Shown piece after piece: positions 35,684 through 49,104 of a DNA stretch of 64,000 nucleotides. The notes beneath the pieces are model-generated. The model had not been told where the DNA came from, did not search any database, and saw nothing but the letters and a program-made list of their open reading frames with translations. Position 1 is the first letter of the stretch, and each line of letters begins with the position of its first letter. A program made the translations under genes and the position numbers. Origin of the DNA: Cetorhinus maximus (taxonomy: Eukaryota). Where the stretch lies: positions 64,418,001 through 64,482,000 of the forward strand of contig NC_135884.1 in NCBI RefSeq assembly GCF_964194155.1. The letters are read 5' to 3'.

Positions 35684-36023
35684 ATGGCGGAGCTGATCGA
35701 GCTGCGGGATCTGAGAGACGACAGGCGGCCGGACCGGGCTCTGAGCCCGGGCAGCAGCCGGACGGTCTCCCGCTCCTCGGGCTTGGAGAGGACCAACGCC
35801 ATGAGGATCAACCCCAGGAGCCGGGCATCGAGCGGCCAGGGCAAGGCTGCCAGACACGAGAGGAAGGACCGGTTGTTGCTGCTGTTAGACCAGGAGCCGA
35901 GACTGACCGAGAGACCGGGGGAAGGACATGACTTCAGCCCCTGCACCCAGACTCAGCCGAGCTGGTGCGACCTGTGCGGGGACTTCATCTGGGGATTGTA
36001 CAAGCAGAGTCTACAGTGCGCAA
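35684..36023 (+). CDS. RASSF1: Ras association domain family member 1, isoform A coding exon 1 (N-terminus and first part of the C1/DAG-binding domain)
   Basis: MAELIELRDL..LERTNAMRI..GEGHDFSPC..PSWCDLCGDFIWGLYKQSLQCA resembles recalled human RASSF1A ELIELREL..LERANALRI..GHRFQP..TWCDLCGDFIWGVVRKGLQCA. It ends at a phase-1 donor A|gtaagt (36024) and sits next to ZMYND10. Confidence 0.95.
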
Positions 36024-36944
36024 GTAAGTCAGAAGGAAACACACAATCAAAAGTATCTTAATATTGTACAAGCATGCATTTAAAATACTCCAGTCGAAGA
36101 CGAATTAATCTGATATATATATATATATAAAACAGAAAATATTTGGGAAATAGCATCATTATTAGGAGGGAACGTGTTATAGAGATGGGGTGTGACTATC
36201 TTCAGCGAAACGAGTTGGTGGATCAGTTTGGAAGACAGAAAAGACAACGGAAAGTATGTTAAAGGGATTGTTTACAACATACAATATATTGTGTTTGATT
36301 TAATGCATTATGTGTCTAGGGGCATATGTACTATATCATATCTAACTCTTAATGTATATCCTATATTATCGAATTTAATTCAGTGCCTATATATACCATA
36401 TTATCTTAATGCTTCATGTCTTGATACATATAGTGCATGATATTATTGTATATTCTGTGTTTGTTGTAAGACTATATATGGTAATAGATTAACATTGTGG
36501 GATTCTCAATCTCTCAAACGTTCAGAATAACAAAAAGAAGTAGCTTTGTGAGATCAGGCAGGAAAACAGTGTTTAAAATGGGTCCACCCACTCCACAATA
36601 AATCTTCCAGGTTAGGCTGCAAAATGTGAGTAGGTGGAACACAGTGAAAACTGATGAAGTGTCAGTTTTGAAAACCCCATTAAAGGGGCCACTGTTGTCA
36701 CGATTAAGCACTTTGGAACTTTTTTTTTAAAAAAGCTACTGAACTCTCAATGGATCATGCAGGAACACCAAAGAAACACTGAATTGTGCTGTGAGGACCT
36801 CATCTCACTACCCATGCTCGATGCCCATTGATGAACAAAATAGGACCTCCTGGCTGCCCTTCCTCCTGGCAATGAGGGAAGTCGATTGTTAGAATGAGGA
36901 ATTACCCTGGCCTAGCGTGCCCTGTGTGATGTTTGCATTAATAG

Positions 36945-39010
36945 AAACATGGAAAAAAGAAGCAGGAGTAGGCCATTCGGCCCGTTGAACCTGCTCTACC
37001 ATTCATTATGATCATGGCTGATCATACAACTCAATAGCCTGCTCCCACTTTCTTCCCATATCCTTTGATTCCTTTTGCCCCAAGAACTATATCTAACTCC
37101 TTCTTGAAAACATACAATGTTTTGGCCTCAACTACTTTCTGTGATAACGAATTCCACAGGCTCACCACTCTCTGGGTGAAGAAATTTCTCCTCATCTCAG
37201 TCCTAAATGGTCTACCCCGTACCCTCAGACTGTGACCCCTGGTTCTGGACTCCCCCACCATCGGGAACATCCTTCCTGCATCTACCCTGTCTAGTCTTGT
37301 TAGAATTTTATAGGTTTCTATGAGATCCCCCCTCATTCTTCTGAACTCCAGCGAATATAATCCTAACCGACTCAATCTCTCCTCATATGTCAGTTCCGCC
37401 ATCCCAGGAATCAGTCGGGTAAACCTTTGCTGCACTCCCTCTATAGCAAGTACATCCTTCCTCAGATAAGGAGACCAGAACTGCACACAATATTCCAGGT
37501 GTGGTCTCACCAAGGCCCTGTACAATTGTAGCAAGACATCCCTGCTCCTGTACTCGAATCCTCTGGCTATGAAGGTAACATACCATTTGCCTTCTTTACC
37601 ACCTGCTGCACCTGCATGCTTACCTTCAGCGACTGGTGTACGAGAACACCCAGGTCTCGTTGCACATTCCCATCTCTCAATTTCTATCCATTCAGATAAT
37701 AATCTGCCTTCCTGTTTTTGCCACCAAAATGGATAACCTCACATTTATCCATATTATACTGCATCTGCCATGCATTTGCCCATGTCCAAATCACACTGAT
37801 GCATCTCTGCAACCTCCTCACAGCTCACCCTCCCACCCAGCTTTGTGTCATCTGCAAATTTGGAGACATTACATTTAGTTCCCTCATCTAAATCATTAAT
37901 ATATATTGTGAGTAACTGGGATCCCAGCACCGATCCCTGCGGTACCCCACTAGTCACTACCTGCCATTAGGAAAAAGACCCATTTATTCCTACTCTTTGT
38001 TTCCTGTCTGCCAACCAGTTTTTTACCCATCTCAATACATTACCCCCAACCCCATGCGCTTTAATTTTATACGCGAATTTCTTATGTGGGACTTTGTCGA
38101 AAGCCTTCTGAAAGTCCAAATAAGCCACATCCACTGGCTCCCCCTCATCAACTCTACTAGTTACATCCTCGAAAAATCCAGTAGATTTGTCAAGCATGAT
38201 TTCCCTTTCATAAATCCATGCTGACTCTGTCCGATTCTGCCACTGTTTTCCACGTGCTCAGCTATTAAATCTTTTATAATGGACTCTAGAATTTTCCCCA
38301 CTACCGACGTCAGGCTGACTGGTCTATAATTCCCTGTTTTCTCTCTGCCTCCCTTTTTAAATAGTGGGGTTACATTAGCTACCCTCCAATCTGTCGGAAC
38401 TGTTCCAGAGTCTATAGAATCTCGGAAGATGACCACCAATGCATCCACTATTTCTAGGGCCACTTCCTTAAGTACTCTGGGATGTAGATTATCAGGCTCT
38501 GGGGATTTATCGGCCTTCAATCCCATCAATTACCCCAATACCATTTCCCTACTAATACTGATTTCTCTCAGTTCCTCCCTCTCACTAAATCCTGTGTTCC
38601 CCAACATTTCTGGTATGTTATTTGTGTCCTCCTTTGTGAAGACAGAACCAAAGTATATATTTAGTTGGTCAGCCATTTCTTTGTTCCCCATTATAAATTC
38701 CCCTGTTTCTGACTGTAAGGGACCTACATTTGTCTTCACCAATCTTTTTCTCTTCACATACCTATAGAAACTTTTACAGTCAGTTTTTATGTTCCCTGCA
38801 AGCTTATCCTTGTACTCTATTTTCCCCTTCTTAATCAATCCTTTGGTCTTCCTTTGCTGAATTCTAAACTGCTCCCAATCCTCAGGCCTGTTGTTTTTTC
38901 TGGCCAATTTGTATGCTTCTTTCTTGCATCTAATATTATCTCTAATTTCCCTTGTAAGCCATGGTTTGGCCACTTTTCCTGTTTTACTTTTGCACCAGAC
39001 AGGAATAAGC
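36945..39010 (-). mobile_element. CR1 LINE ORF2 and 3' end
   Basis: NYRPVSLTSVVGK, QHGFMKGKSCLTNLL, GVPQGSVLG, FADDTKL and RPHLEYCVQFWSP. Confidence 0.95.
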
Positions 39011-40044
39011 AATTCAGTTGTTAATTTATTGATCTGCTCCTTCAGCTCCTGCGTGGTTCAATTAGTAAACATGGTGGCATCCATTTTACCAATGAGTACT
39101 GTTGGCCAGCCTCGCCCGCTAGCTGTGCTCATCAGGAATTTGTGCGTGCAGGATACGCAATTCTCTGTCCATTTAAAAAATTGTGGGGCAGGACATCCAC
39201 GATGCCATGTTATGAGGCTGGCAGTTAGGGCTGTTCCCTAGGAAGCGCATGTTTAAGAAAGAAAGGATGTGCATTTATACAGCGTCTTTCAAACCTCAGG
39301 ATGTTCCAAAACGTTTTGCAGCCAATGAAATCCCTTTGAAGTCTAGTTACCATTGCAATGTTTTCAGTAGAGATTTAGGGATGTGACCAAGGCACTTGGC
39401 CTGATGTTTGATGTACCCTGTATTGGTTGGACTGAGTTCTGAATAATTAAAAATCTTACCAGAACATTAATGTTCAAAATATTTTTTTAACAGGATATAA
39501 TGAGGCTTCGTCTTCCAGCGTGGCTGAGAATGTTTGCCAGTCCCAAATCAGCAGCTGAGAGGCTGCCAGAGTTATTTCAATTGGTGCAGGCAATCAGTGA
39601 CATCAGTGAAGTGATAAATCTGCATTTCTCAATGTAGGAGATGTTTTGTTAAGACCTATAAATGGATTTGAGATACCAATTAGCCATGGTATAATTAAGT
39701 CTTAAGGAACAGGCTCAAGGGATTGAATGGCATAATCTTGTTCTTATGTTTAAATTAGTGGTGTGACACTTCACTGAAAAATCACCTAACATGGGGAGTG
39801 CATCGCCAGCAATATTGTCACTTTCAGTGGTTGATTTTAACTGGTTCATACACACTGTTGAGCTGCGAAAATTCTTCCAGCCACACCCAGTGTTACTGAC
39901 AGCACCTTTACGGATGATGTACTGCTGTCAGACGTTGGCAGGCTCAGTAACTTCTGCCGGCAGTGCCCTGCATCATTGACTGTACCTCTACTGATGTTGT
40001 ACAACTTCTGTACTGCCAAACTCTTATGTGCAGCTTAGAACCAT

Positions 40045-40790
40045 AGAAATTCTTCTTCTTCCTAGGCAGTCCCTTGGGATCGAGGATGACTTGCTTCCAC
40101 TCCGGTTCAGTGGGTTCTGAGATGGCTGATAAATCCAATGTGCGATCTGAAGACTCTGCCGCATGCGGGGCAGGTCGTGCTTGAAGGGTTGGGTAGCTGG
40201 GTGGTTTGGAAGTTTGTGCATTCCCTCCAATGCCTCGACCTCACCTCTGCATGTTCCCGACAAAGCCTCTCGACATGCTTAGTGCTTTCCTGAATGAGCT
40301 GTCTCCATTTTGGTCGATCATAAGCCAGGGACTTCCATGAGTATGTTTGATCTCTTCAGGGATGCTTAGAGGACATCCCTAAAGCATTTCTACTGTCCTC
40401 CTGGGACTGAGTTCCAAGTAGAGCATTTGCTTCAGGAGTCTAGTATCAGGAAAATGAACAACATGTCTGGCCCAGCACAGCTGGATTTCAATGATTCGTG
40501 CCTCAGTGTTGGGCATGTTGGCTTGGGAGTGGACATTGCTGTTGGACTGCCTTTCTTACCACTGGATTTGGAGGATCTTTCAAAGGTACTGCTGGTGGTA
40601 CATCTCAAGTGCTTTGAGGTGCCTGCTGTAGGTGGTCCCAATCTCCAAAGCGGATAGGAGCCAGGGGATCACTACTGTCTAGTAAACCATGACCTTAGTC
40701 TCCAGTTTGAGATCCTGGTCCTCAAATATTCTTGTCTTCCATTGGTTGAAGGCTGAGCTGGCACATTGGAAGTGATGATTAATTTAATTG
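40045..40790 (-). mobile_element. RTE-like LINE 3' fragment
   Basis: Decayed RTE C-terminal landmarks on the minus strand and a GTCATCCTCGATCCCAAGGGACTGCCTAGGAAGAAGAAG-type tail. Confidence 0.7.
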
Positions 40791-43700
40791 AGGGGAAATT
40801 ACTTAGAAATTACAAAACAAGTAGAAGGCCATTTGTTGCATTGCACCTCTACCGATGCTAACTTATCAACTGCAACTATCTATTCTGATCCCTTGTCTAT
40901 ATCTTTATCCAAATACTTAACTAATTCCATTTTTAAATAATGTTCTAGTCTCTATCTCAATAGCCAATTCTGGTGTTCTGTCTAGCGCTATGGTGCTGAC
41001 TCCTTACCATTCTTCTACCTGACATTTATTCCAGTGAACGAAGTCCAATTTTCCAACTCTGGGTGTATTCCCGGAGGTCTTATCACATGGCCTGCTTCCT
41101 CCAACTCCCCACCCTCCACACTTCCATTACTTATCACCTAACATGTTCATCCTTGCACTGCCACTTCTCCATGCCACTTGGAAAGCAAACAGACTCTTAA
41201 TTGCTCGGCTGAATGATTCTTGACTGGCTACATCCCATGGCTGGCAAATCTAGGATTAGGGGTCATGGTCTCAGGATAAGGACTCCCCATTCAGAACTGG
41301 GATGAAGAGAAATTTCTTCACTCAGAGGGTATATATATATATTATATTCGAGACTTAGATGATAGATTTTTGGGCACTAAGAAAATTGAGAGATAGGCAG
41401 GAAAGTAGGGTTGATGTGGAAGTTCACCAATGATCTTACTGAACGGCAGATCAGGCTTGAGGGGCTGTATGACCTATTCCTGCTCTTATTCCTTATGTTT
41501 TTATACCGCTTCCAATACATTTTGAACTCCTAAATTAAAGTATTTGAGGAAACGTTTTTAAAAATCTAAATTTTATTCACGTCCCTTTGACTTTTCTCCC
41601 AGATTGCTCGTAGCAGTGCCCTGGAGATTGATTTTTATTTCCTGAAGACTAACTCCTATCCTAAATAGTGACCAAAAGAACAGAAGCAGTGCAAAAGTTA
41701 AATGCGCACTATTCCTTTGTTGCTGAACAGCAATGCTTACATACATCCTTGATGATCTTTCTGGTGTTTGTACCTGAAGAAGGTGCAGCAATATAAATTT
41801 CATGTGAATGGATGTCAGAGGCCTCTGCAATTCAAACTTCCTCGAATAGCATGGGCTGTACTTCAGTGTAAACTGTTCTCAGAAAAACCTCAAGTTGCTA
41901 AACTCAGATATGCTATTTGTGGCTAGAATAGTCAAAAACAGTCTTCAATTTGACCACAGATAAAAATGATTGAGCTGCTGGCCTTGTTACAGAGTATTGT
42001 CAGTATTTCATGCTTAGCAGCGGAGGCCACATTCAGTACTGATCACCTTCCGTTCCTCTTGCAATCTCGGAGGGGGCAGCAACATCCTGGACAGCAGCTG
42101 AAATCATTTGCCTCAGTCTTTCCTGGTGAATTGCTTCCCTACCACAGAGTGGTAATGACCCTACTTGCCCACACCCCACTCTCCAAACCTGACCTTCCAC
42201 CCGCTGTCTGCCAACGGAGATAAAGCTATAAAAATCCTGCCCCATTGCTTCCAAAAAATCCCCAAAACCCTTCTGGCTCTCCCTTGAAGCTTTAATTACC
42301 CCTTCCCCTCTTAGTGCTGGTGCCTTTAAGGTCAACAAAGTGCCCTGACAATTTATCATCGTGGTTGTAACCAATACTCCACCCTCAAGACCCCCCATGT
42401 GGCACTTCCTTCATTTTAATTCAGCTGAAGAACAAGTTCAAGTGCTGATCCTTCATTCCTGGCAGAATACACTTCCGGTGTGTTCTGTGCCAATTAATCC
42501 TGGATAGTGTGAGAAGAGGAGTTATCCTGAGTTAAACTGCAGAGTTTAGTATTAAAACACCATGTTAGAATAACTGTACTTCTATTATTTGACAGCTTTT
42601 GCACAATGTCAAGCTCAGTAACTCCTCTTAGCCGGTATCTCCTGTTATTGGCCGTAACTCTATTAATGATAGTCTGCTTTCTATTAGCCTACCATTGGCG
42701 CTCATGCCTTCAACTGCTTAGGCCCAAGACTATGAAATTCCCTTCCTAAACCCCTCCATCTCGCTATTTCTCTCTTTCCTGAAGATCCACATCTTTGACA
42801 CACCTACTAATATCTCTGGTTGAATTTTTGTCTCATTTCACCTCAGCACAGCACCTTGGGGACTTATATCTATATAGCCTTTAACGTATTTATTTGGAAG
42901 ACTGCATTGCGGCTCTTTCTTGTTGGTTTAATTTCCTAAGAATGAAGGCGATGTTTTTCCCCAATTTATTTGTCAGAGGAAGAAGAGGACTAACAGCATG
43001 GAAGCCAGACAGGAGATCTAAGCCTTGCTGCACGTACATGTGGGTTTATAGATCCTGAAGTTTATTTAAAAACAAATAGCTACTGCGGATGCTGGAAATC
43101 CAAAACAAAAACAGAATTACCTGGAAAAACTCAGCAGGTCTATTTGCCCATTTTATGCACAGACTTGTGTGTTAGGAAGTTTCTGTGTTCTGTGAGGTGT
43201 GTGCAGATGTGACTCAGTTGCTAGATGCTCTAGGATATTATGCACTGTAGAGCATTTAAAAGGGACTTACACTGTTATATGAAAAGGAACAATGTGCAGG
43301 GTTATGGAGAGAAAACAGGAGAATGGCACAGGGTGAATTGCTCATTCGGGGAGCCGGTACAGACAAGATGGACTGAATGGTAACCTTCTGCACTGTAACG
43401 ATTCTGTGATATCCTCCCTGGTGCTGTATAGGATGGTGTTGAACTCCCCTGCCACCTGCCACTCATCTTCAGATTCAATGCAGTGCCTTTGTAGGTTTCC
43501 GATGCTCTGAAGGCATTCGCTTTCTCATGGCAGGACCCCTGAGTTCACCATCTGAATGTGCATCAGCCAGGGCCTGACATCTCATATGCCTCTGCTCAGG
43601 AACATGTAGTGCTTAAGGGTCTGTACCAAGCACTGTTTTGTCAGGTACAGCATTGGCACTGCCAGGCCAGGCCTTGGCACTGCTATGCAAAGTACAGCAT

Positions 43701-46700
43701 TGTGTACTGCTGGGCCAGTTAGGGCATATTAAATTTGATAGATTTTCCTGGAAATCCAGGAAGTACTGCTATGAGCAATCTGGGAGAAAAGTCATAGGGA
43801 CCTTTAAAAAGAAATGAGTTTTTTTTTCATTTTCTTCAAACACTATATCTACCAGGGCAGATATAGCAATGTCTGGTCAATTTTACCATTGACAGTAGAT
43901 GCAGCACCGCCAGCTCTATAGTAAATCTCACTCTGCCCACCCGGCAAATGTAGCTTATTTGCTCTTTTAGAAGGACCATGACAAGATTTCTAAGTCAAAT
44001 TTTTTTAAAATGAGGCTTAGGGTAGATGTGGATTAGGTTTGAAAGTTGGATTACAATTAGAAAACAGAGAGTACTTGCAGCATCAGCCTCTGGGAGGTGT
44101 GCAATGAAGTATCACAGGTTGGGAATCCCTGTTGTTTCTTGTCTACATAAATGAGGTAGATGTAGGAACCAGTTAAAATATGCAACAGATAAGAAACTAA
44201 AATGGATAAAGCAGTTGCGATCGAAGTGGATTTAGATAATTTGCCCAATTGGGAAGTCAGATGATGATTGAAAATTAATATGAAGAGAATAGAATTACCA
44301 CACGAAGACAATGGAGGGATAGTAGCGATACTTTCAATATTGAGGCACAGTCAAAAAGTAAGTATAATGGCAGGGATTGAACTTCTAGAATGGGACCTAT
44401 GTGTGAGTTTCTCCCATTTATCCACCATACCTTCGGCAGAATGGCCGCAGATATCCTGAGAAGATAACATATTCACATCGCATTTCCAGAGTTTTCATGG
44501 CTCTTCCGTCGAATTTATGGCAAACGTGGCCCCATGGAAATTTTCCCCCACCCTGCCAATGTTGAGGCAGATCTCAGTCACTACACTTCAGGAGCAGATG
44601 GAAGGAGTTGCAAAGAGCAACAAAGATGCACCAAGTGTGAAGTTGACCAGCTGTGAGGAGAAATTACAGAAGCTTAAGGTATGCAGGATATCTCATCAAG
44701 CCAATTAGACTAGTAGGACCATAAGTGTAAATTAGTGGGAAATAAATTTGAAAGCAGATAATATAATTAACTTATCTACCGGATAAGATGATAGCGTCAA
44801 AGGTCTTGAGGGGCAGTGTAGATTGGGTGAGTTGGAATACAGGAGAGACCAGCTTTAATGCGGCTGAACTTTCCAAAGTTTTTTGTTCCAATAACATAGC
44901 CCAAAAAGCAGTGCAACTGAACCAATGTAACATTCCCAAACCAGTCAGCCTGTGTAATTGCCACACAGGTACATTTGGTGCTGTGTGCCCATGCCCACTA
45001 GATCTTGGATTGGCACTGTGGTTTAGGGGGCTACGTATGACTAGCTAAGACTTTCAAACTATCAGCACCACTAAGTAAAATGCCAGTGTCCATCTTGTTG
45101 TCCAGTACCATGCAGTCCCATGATTTGTAAGGGTTCAACAAGTGTAGAGCCAACCCGTTATACTCCCTTAGGTCTGCATCTATTGTACAGCAGTCAAGAT
45201 TGTGGTATATTGCCCCAGTGACTGGCTGTACTCGATGCATTATGACAAACCCAGCCAGTCCTATCACAGAGGCAACACTGTGCTTGGCTGTAACAAATAA
45301 AACTATTTCTTCTGGTTTAAGTGCCATCTTTCATTCTGTTAATTGTTCCATTGAGTTGGCAAAGAATTGTGCTTAAGAAGTAACAGCTGTTTGAATGAGT
45401 AATTTTCCCTATAGAATGTGTTCATTGTACAGAAGAAACGAGTCTCTTTCAAAATGTGTGTTTTCAATAAGAAAGATTCTTTTAAAAACAATTCACCTTC
45501 ACCCTTCTTTCAGTTGAGCCTCTAAAATGTCACTGTTTTTTGTCCCTTGTGTCTGCATCTGTCATCTATGCTAAAAAAACCAAGGTTTCAAAAGGTAAAA
45601 CATAATTTTCCCCTCCTCTTTTCCAATGTTCATCTTTTCCCGCCCCTGAAGGTATTGATTCCTACAGGGTTATGGTCGTACAGTCTATATGAAAACTGAG
45701 AGGGGCCTGGGAATGAGTTGTCATTTTCAATGTTGAGACACAATTTACATTGGTCCCTGCTGAGTGACAGCTGTTAACTTGAGTGTTGGGAGACCGTTCA
45801 ACTGTAATGCTGGCCTGATTCTTTGCACCTTTTACACAGGAGTGTCCAGATTGAGGATAGTTTGCCGTAAGATCACTCGAAAGTACTTCCAGGTTACAAA
45901 GTTGAAAGGACACTGTGTGAATGAAGGCCACTGGGCAGTTCACTGTTGCAAGGACCCTACAGGCAAGTTGTCCACTTAAAGTAATTGAGTTTTTTAGACA
46001 TCCAGTGAGATTAGTCAGCGTGTGGCTACATGTCTGACCTCATGGCTGGGAGAGGAATGTAGCCGCGTTGCAGATCTGATTCTATTACGGCTATGTTCGT
46101 TTTCTTTTATAGCACATTTCATTTTAGTGGTATGGAGGAAGGCAAAAAAAAGACACAGGATGTGGCTGCTATTTAGTACCTATGAATAATCTTGCATTCA
46201 GGTTCCTGCTCCTCAATGTAATAGCCAGTTGCTCAGTGAAAAAGATGTACATCTATTGCTTAAGTAAAACACCTCAATATTGGGGCTCAAGTTTAAGGTT
46301 GTGATATTTCAACAAGGCCGGTTTTATATTTGTGACAATTCCTCACTGGATGTTTGAATCATTTTTTTTTTCGCCAAAGGGGTAACTTGACTCTCAAAGT
46401 GCAGTTGCATTGGGAGGCAGGAGGGAGAGAGCAACCTTCTCGTGGTCCTCCTGTTAAAAGCAAGTCTTCCAATTTGAAAACCTGTGAACTAATACCGTGA
46501 AGAAAGCAACCAAACCCCAGGCACTGGGCTTCCAGCCCAAGCAGTAAAAACTCATTGAAAAGTGGATTCACTCAGGGACAACAAAGCCAGGAAACAGGAC
46601 TAGCAACAAGAATATACCAGCACAACGATGAGGGCCTATCCTTGTCAAAACGTGAGCTACTCGCAAAAGAACGCTCCGGAATGTGTACATAATCACCCTG

Positions 46701-47559
46701 CAAGAAACCTACCTTGTGGGTCACTGTAGAAATCCAGCTCAATTCCCAGGTACTGACTCATTGCAAGCTGGGATAACAAGACACACATACAGGCCTATGT
46801 ACCTGGCATTACCCTGGCATTGGAAATTTGAGGAACAGGTGAAGCCAGCCGTTTCACGCTGCAAGTAGCAATACATTAGTATTTTCCATTAGCTGTCAAG
46901 CTAAAAAGATGTTCTGCTGCCCATTCTCAGCCACAGAGCTTTGTCGCATTCATGGCCATTCCCACATGAAGAGCCTGCCAGCTGTGTGAGGAACTGGAGG
47001 GAAGTGTGCCCCAGTGAGGGGAGGAAAGGCCAAAAGATAAAATGCAAGCAACCAACCAGCTTCCTTAATGCTACCTTTCAACATATTGAGCTCCTGTATC
47101 AAGAATAGTGAGACATTTGGAAGTTGATTCTCTTTTCGAGCACATGGCAACTTTCCATTGAGGCTGAGGTCAAATTTGGTGTCTAAGTATTTACAGTACA
47201 TGAGTTTGTTTTGCAGGACTGCCCATCCCACCAGCCACATTAGAACTTGCAGGTGGGGGTACCCAAAGTAGCTGCGAGCATTTTTCTGTGATGTGCTTGT
47301 AGTCCTTGGCTTTAGTTTGTACTGTACAACACTGCGCTCAGACCAGGCAAGAGCTTAATGGCAACATTGGGGACCTGCAATTCCTCATCATTAACATCAT
47401 TCTCCATGATGAGCAGAAAATTCACACCCACACGCACTCTCATACCCCAACACATGTCAAAACAATGAGAAAAAAAAGGTCCTTTTTGACTGCTTTTACT
47501 TTTTGATAAATGACTAAGTGCAATATAGAGATGTACCTACTCAAATCTGAAGAAAAGGA

Positions 47560-47960
47560 AAGAAAGAATTTCATTTACATAGCGCCTTTCACCCCTCAGG
47601 ACACTTTACAGCTAATGATGCACTTTTGAATTGTAGTCACTGTTGTGATGTAGGAAAGACAGCAGGCACTTTGTCCACAGCAAGAATCCATGATCAACAA
47701 TGAGGTAATGACCGAATAATCTGTTTCAGTGATAATGGCCAGTAAACAAGAGATCCCTTATTCTTCTTTCAAATAGTGTCATGAAATATTTTATGTCCAT
47801 CTGAATGGGCAGATGGGCCCTCAGTTTAACATCTCCCCCGAAAGACGGCACCAGCACCTCCAACAGTGCAGCACCCTCTCAGTACTGCACTGGAGTGTCA
47901 GCCGAGAATACATGTTCAAGTTTCTGGAGTGGCACACAGCCTTCTGACTCAAGAGTGCTG
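47560..47960 (-). mobile_element. DeuSINE/SacSINE1-like SINE
   Basis: CATTTACATAGCGCCTTTCA..CAGGA...TGTAGTCACTGTTGT and CAGTGCAGCACCCTCTCAGTACTGCACTGG. Confidence 0.65.
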
Positions 47961-48307
47961 CCAGACTCTCAGTCTCTAACCTACGACACTTTCTATGTGA
48001 GCCAGCAGCTCATGCTGACCAAAGCAAAACAGTGTGCCCCAGATAATAGTTACTGTGCTACCCACCCTATCTCCTGTGACTCTCCTGTCAAGCAGATCCC
48101 ACACAAAGTCAGGGATATGGCCCTGGTCCAATGTGAAGCGGAACAACTAGTGTCTCAAGATACAGGGTCCTTGCTCAAAATAATCACATTATTCAAACAA
48201 TCTTGAACTTCTTGAACTGTATATCACAGCCTGATGTTTCCTGTTCCTGATACTCAGATTTGGCATCCTTCAATCAGAACAGTTGCTGTAAGAGTGCACA
48301 TTAACAG

Positions 48308-48665
48308 GGAGTCACCGAGAGTGCCCGTGACGGGGGGGGGAGTCACCGAGAGTGCCCGTGACGGGGGGGGGAGTCACCGAGAGTGCCCGTGACGGGGGGG
48401 AGTCACCGAGAGTGCCCGTGACGGGGGGGGGAGTCACCGAGAGTGCCCGTGACGGGGGGGGAGTCACCGAGAGTGCCCGTGACGGGGGGGGGGAGTCACC
48501 GAGAGTGCCCGTGACGGGGGGGGGGAGTCACCGAGAGTGCCCGTGATGGGGGGGGGGGGAGTCACCGAGAGTGCCCGTGACGGTGGGGGGAGTCACCGAG
48601 AGTGCCCGTGACGGGGGGGGGAGTCACCGAGAGTGCCCGTGACGGGGGGGGGAGTCACCGAGAGT
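48308..48665 (+). repeat. CpG-rich, G-tract-rich minisatellite, about 30-33-bp unit (AGTCACCGAGAGTGCCCGTGAC-Gn)
   Basis: About 12 near-identical copies differing mainly in G-run length. Confidence 0.95.
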
Positions 48666-48679
48666 GTGCATTAACTCTT

Positions 48680-49020
48680 CTTCCCCTTTGGTTCTTTTGC
48701 CAATTATTTTACATCTGTGTCCTGTGGTTACCTACTTTCCCACCATGGAAACGTTTCTTCCTGTTACTGTTATCAAAATCCCTCATAATTCTGAACACTT
48801 CTATTAAATCTCACCTTAACCATCCTGGTGCTAAGAAGAGCAATCTGAGCTTCTCTGGCCTCTCCAAATAACTGAAATCCCCCATCCCTGGTACTATTCC
48901 AGTAACTCTTCTGTGGCCTCTCTCTAAGGTTTTGACATTCTTCAGAATGCTGTCCAGAATTGGACACACTCCTCCAGCTGAGACCTAACCAATGATTTAT
49001 AAAGATTTAGGATAACTTTC
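48680..49020 (-). mobile_element. CR1 fragment
   Basis: CCCTCATAATTCTGAACAC..ATTAAATCTC and TGTCCAGAATTGGACACACTCCTCCAGCTG. Confidence 0.75.
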
Positions 49021-49104
49021 TTATTGGCAGAAACCATGCAAAAGCTTCAACAACTTGCACTTATAGATTGCTTTTAATGTAGATGAACGTGTCAAGACAT
49101 TTCG

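Noticed and set aside
44040-44900. Short ORFs (44268-44459, 44517-44708) as host exons
   Set aside because: They resemble highly decayed CR1 ORF2, for example TSCEEKLQKL against the LSYEERL motif.
48308-48665. CRISPR-like array (about 30-bp repeat with internal palindrome)
   Set aside because: There are no unique spacers, only variable G-runs, no cas genes, and the context is vertebrate.
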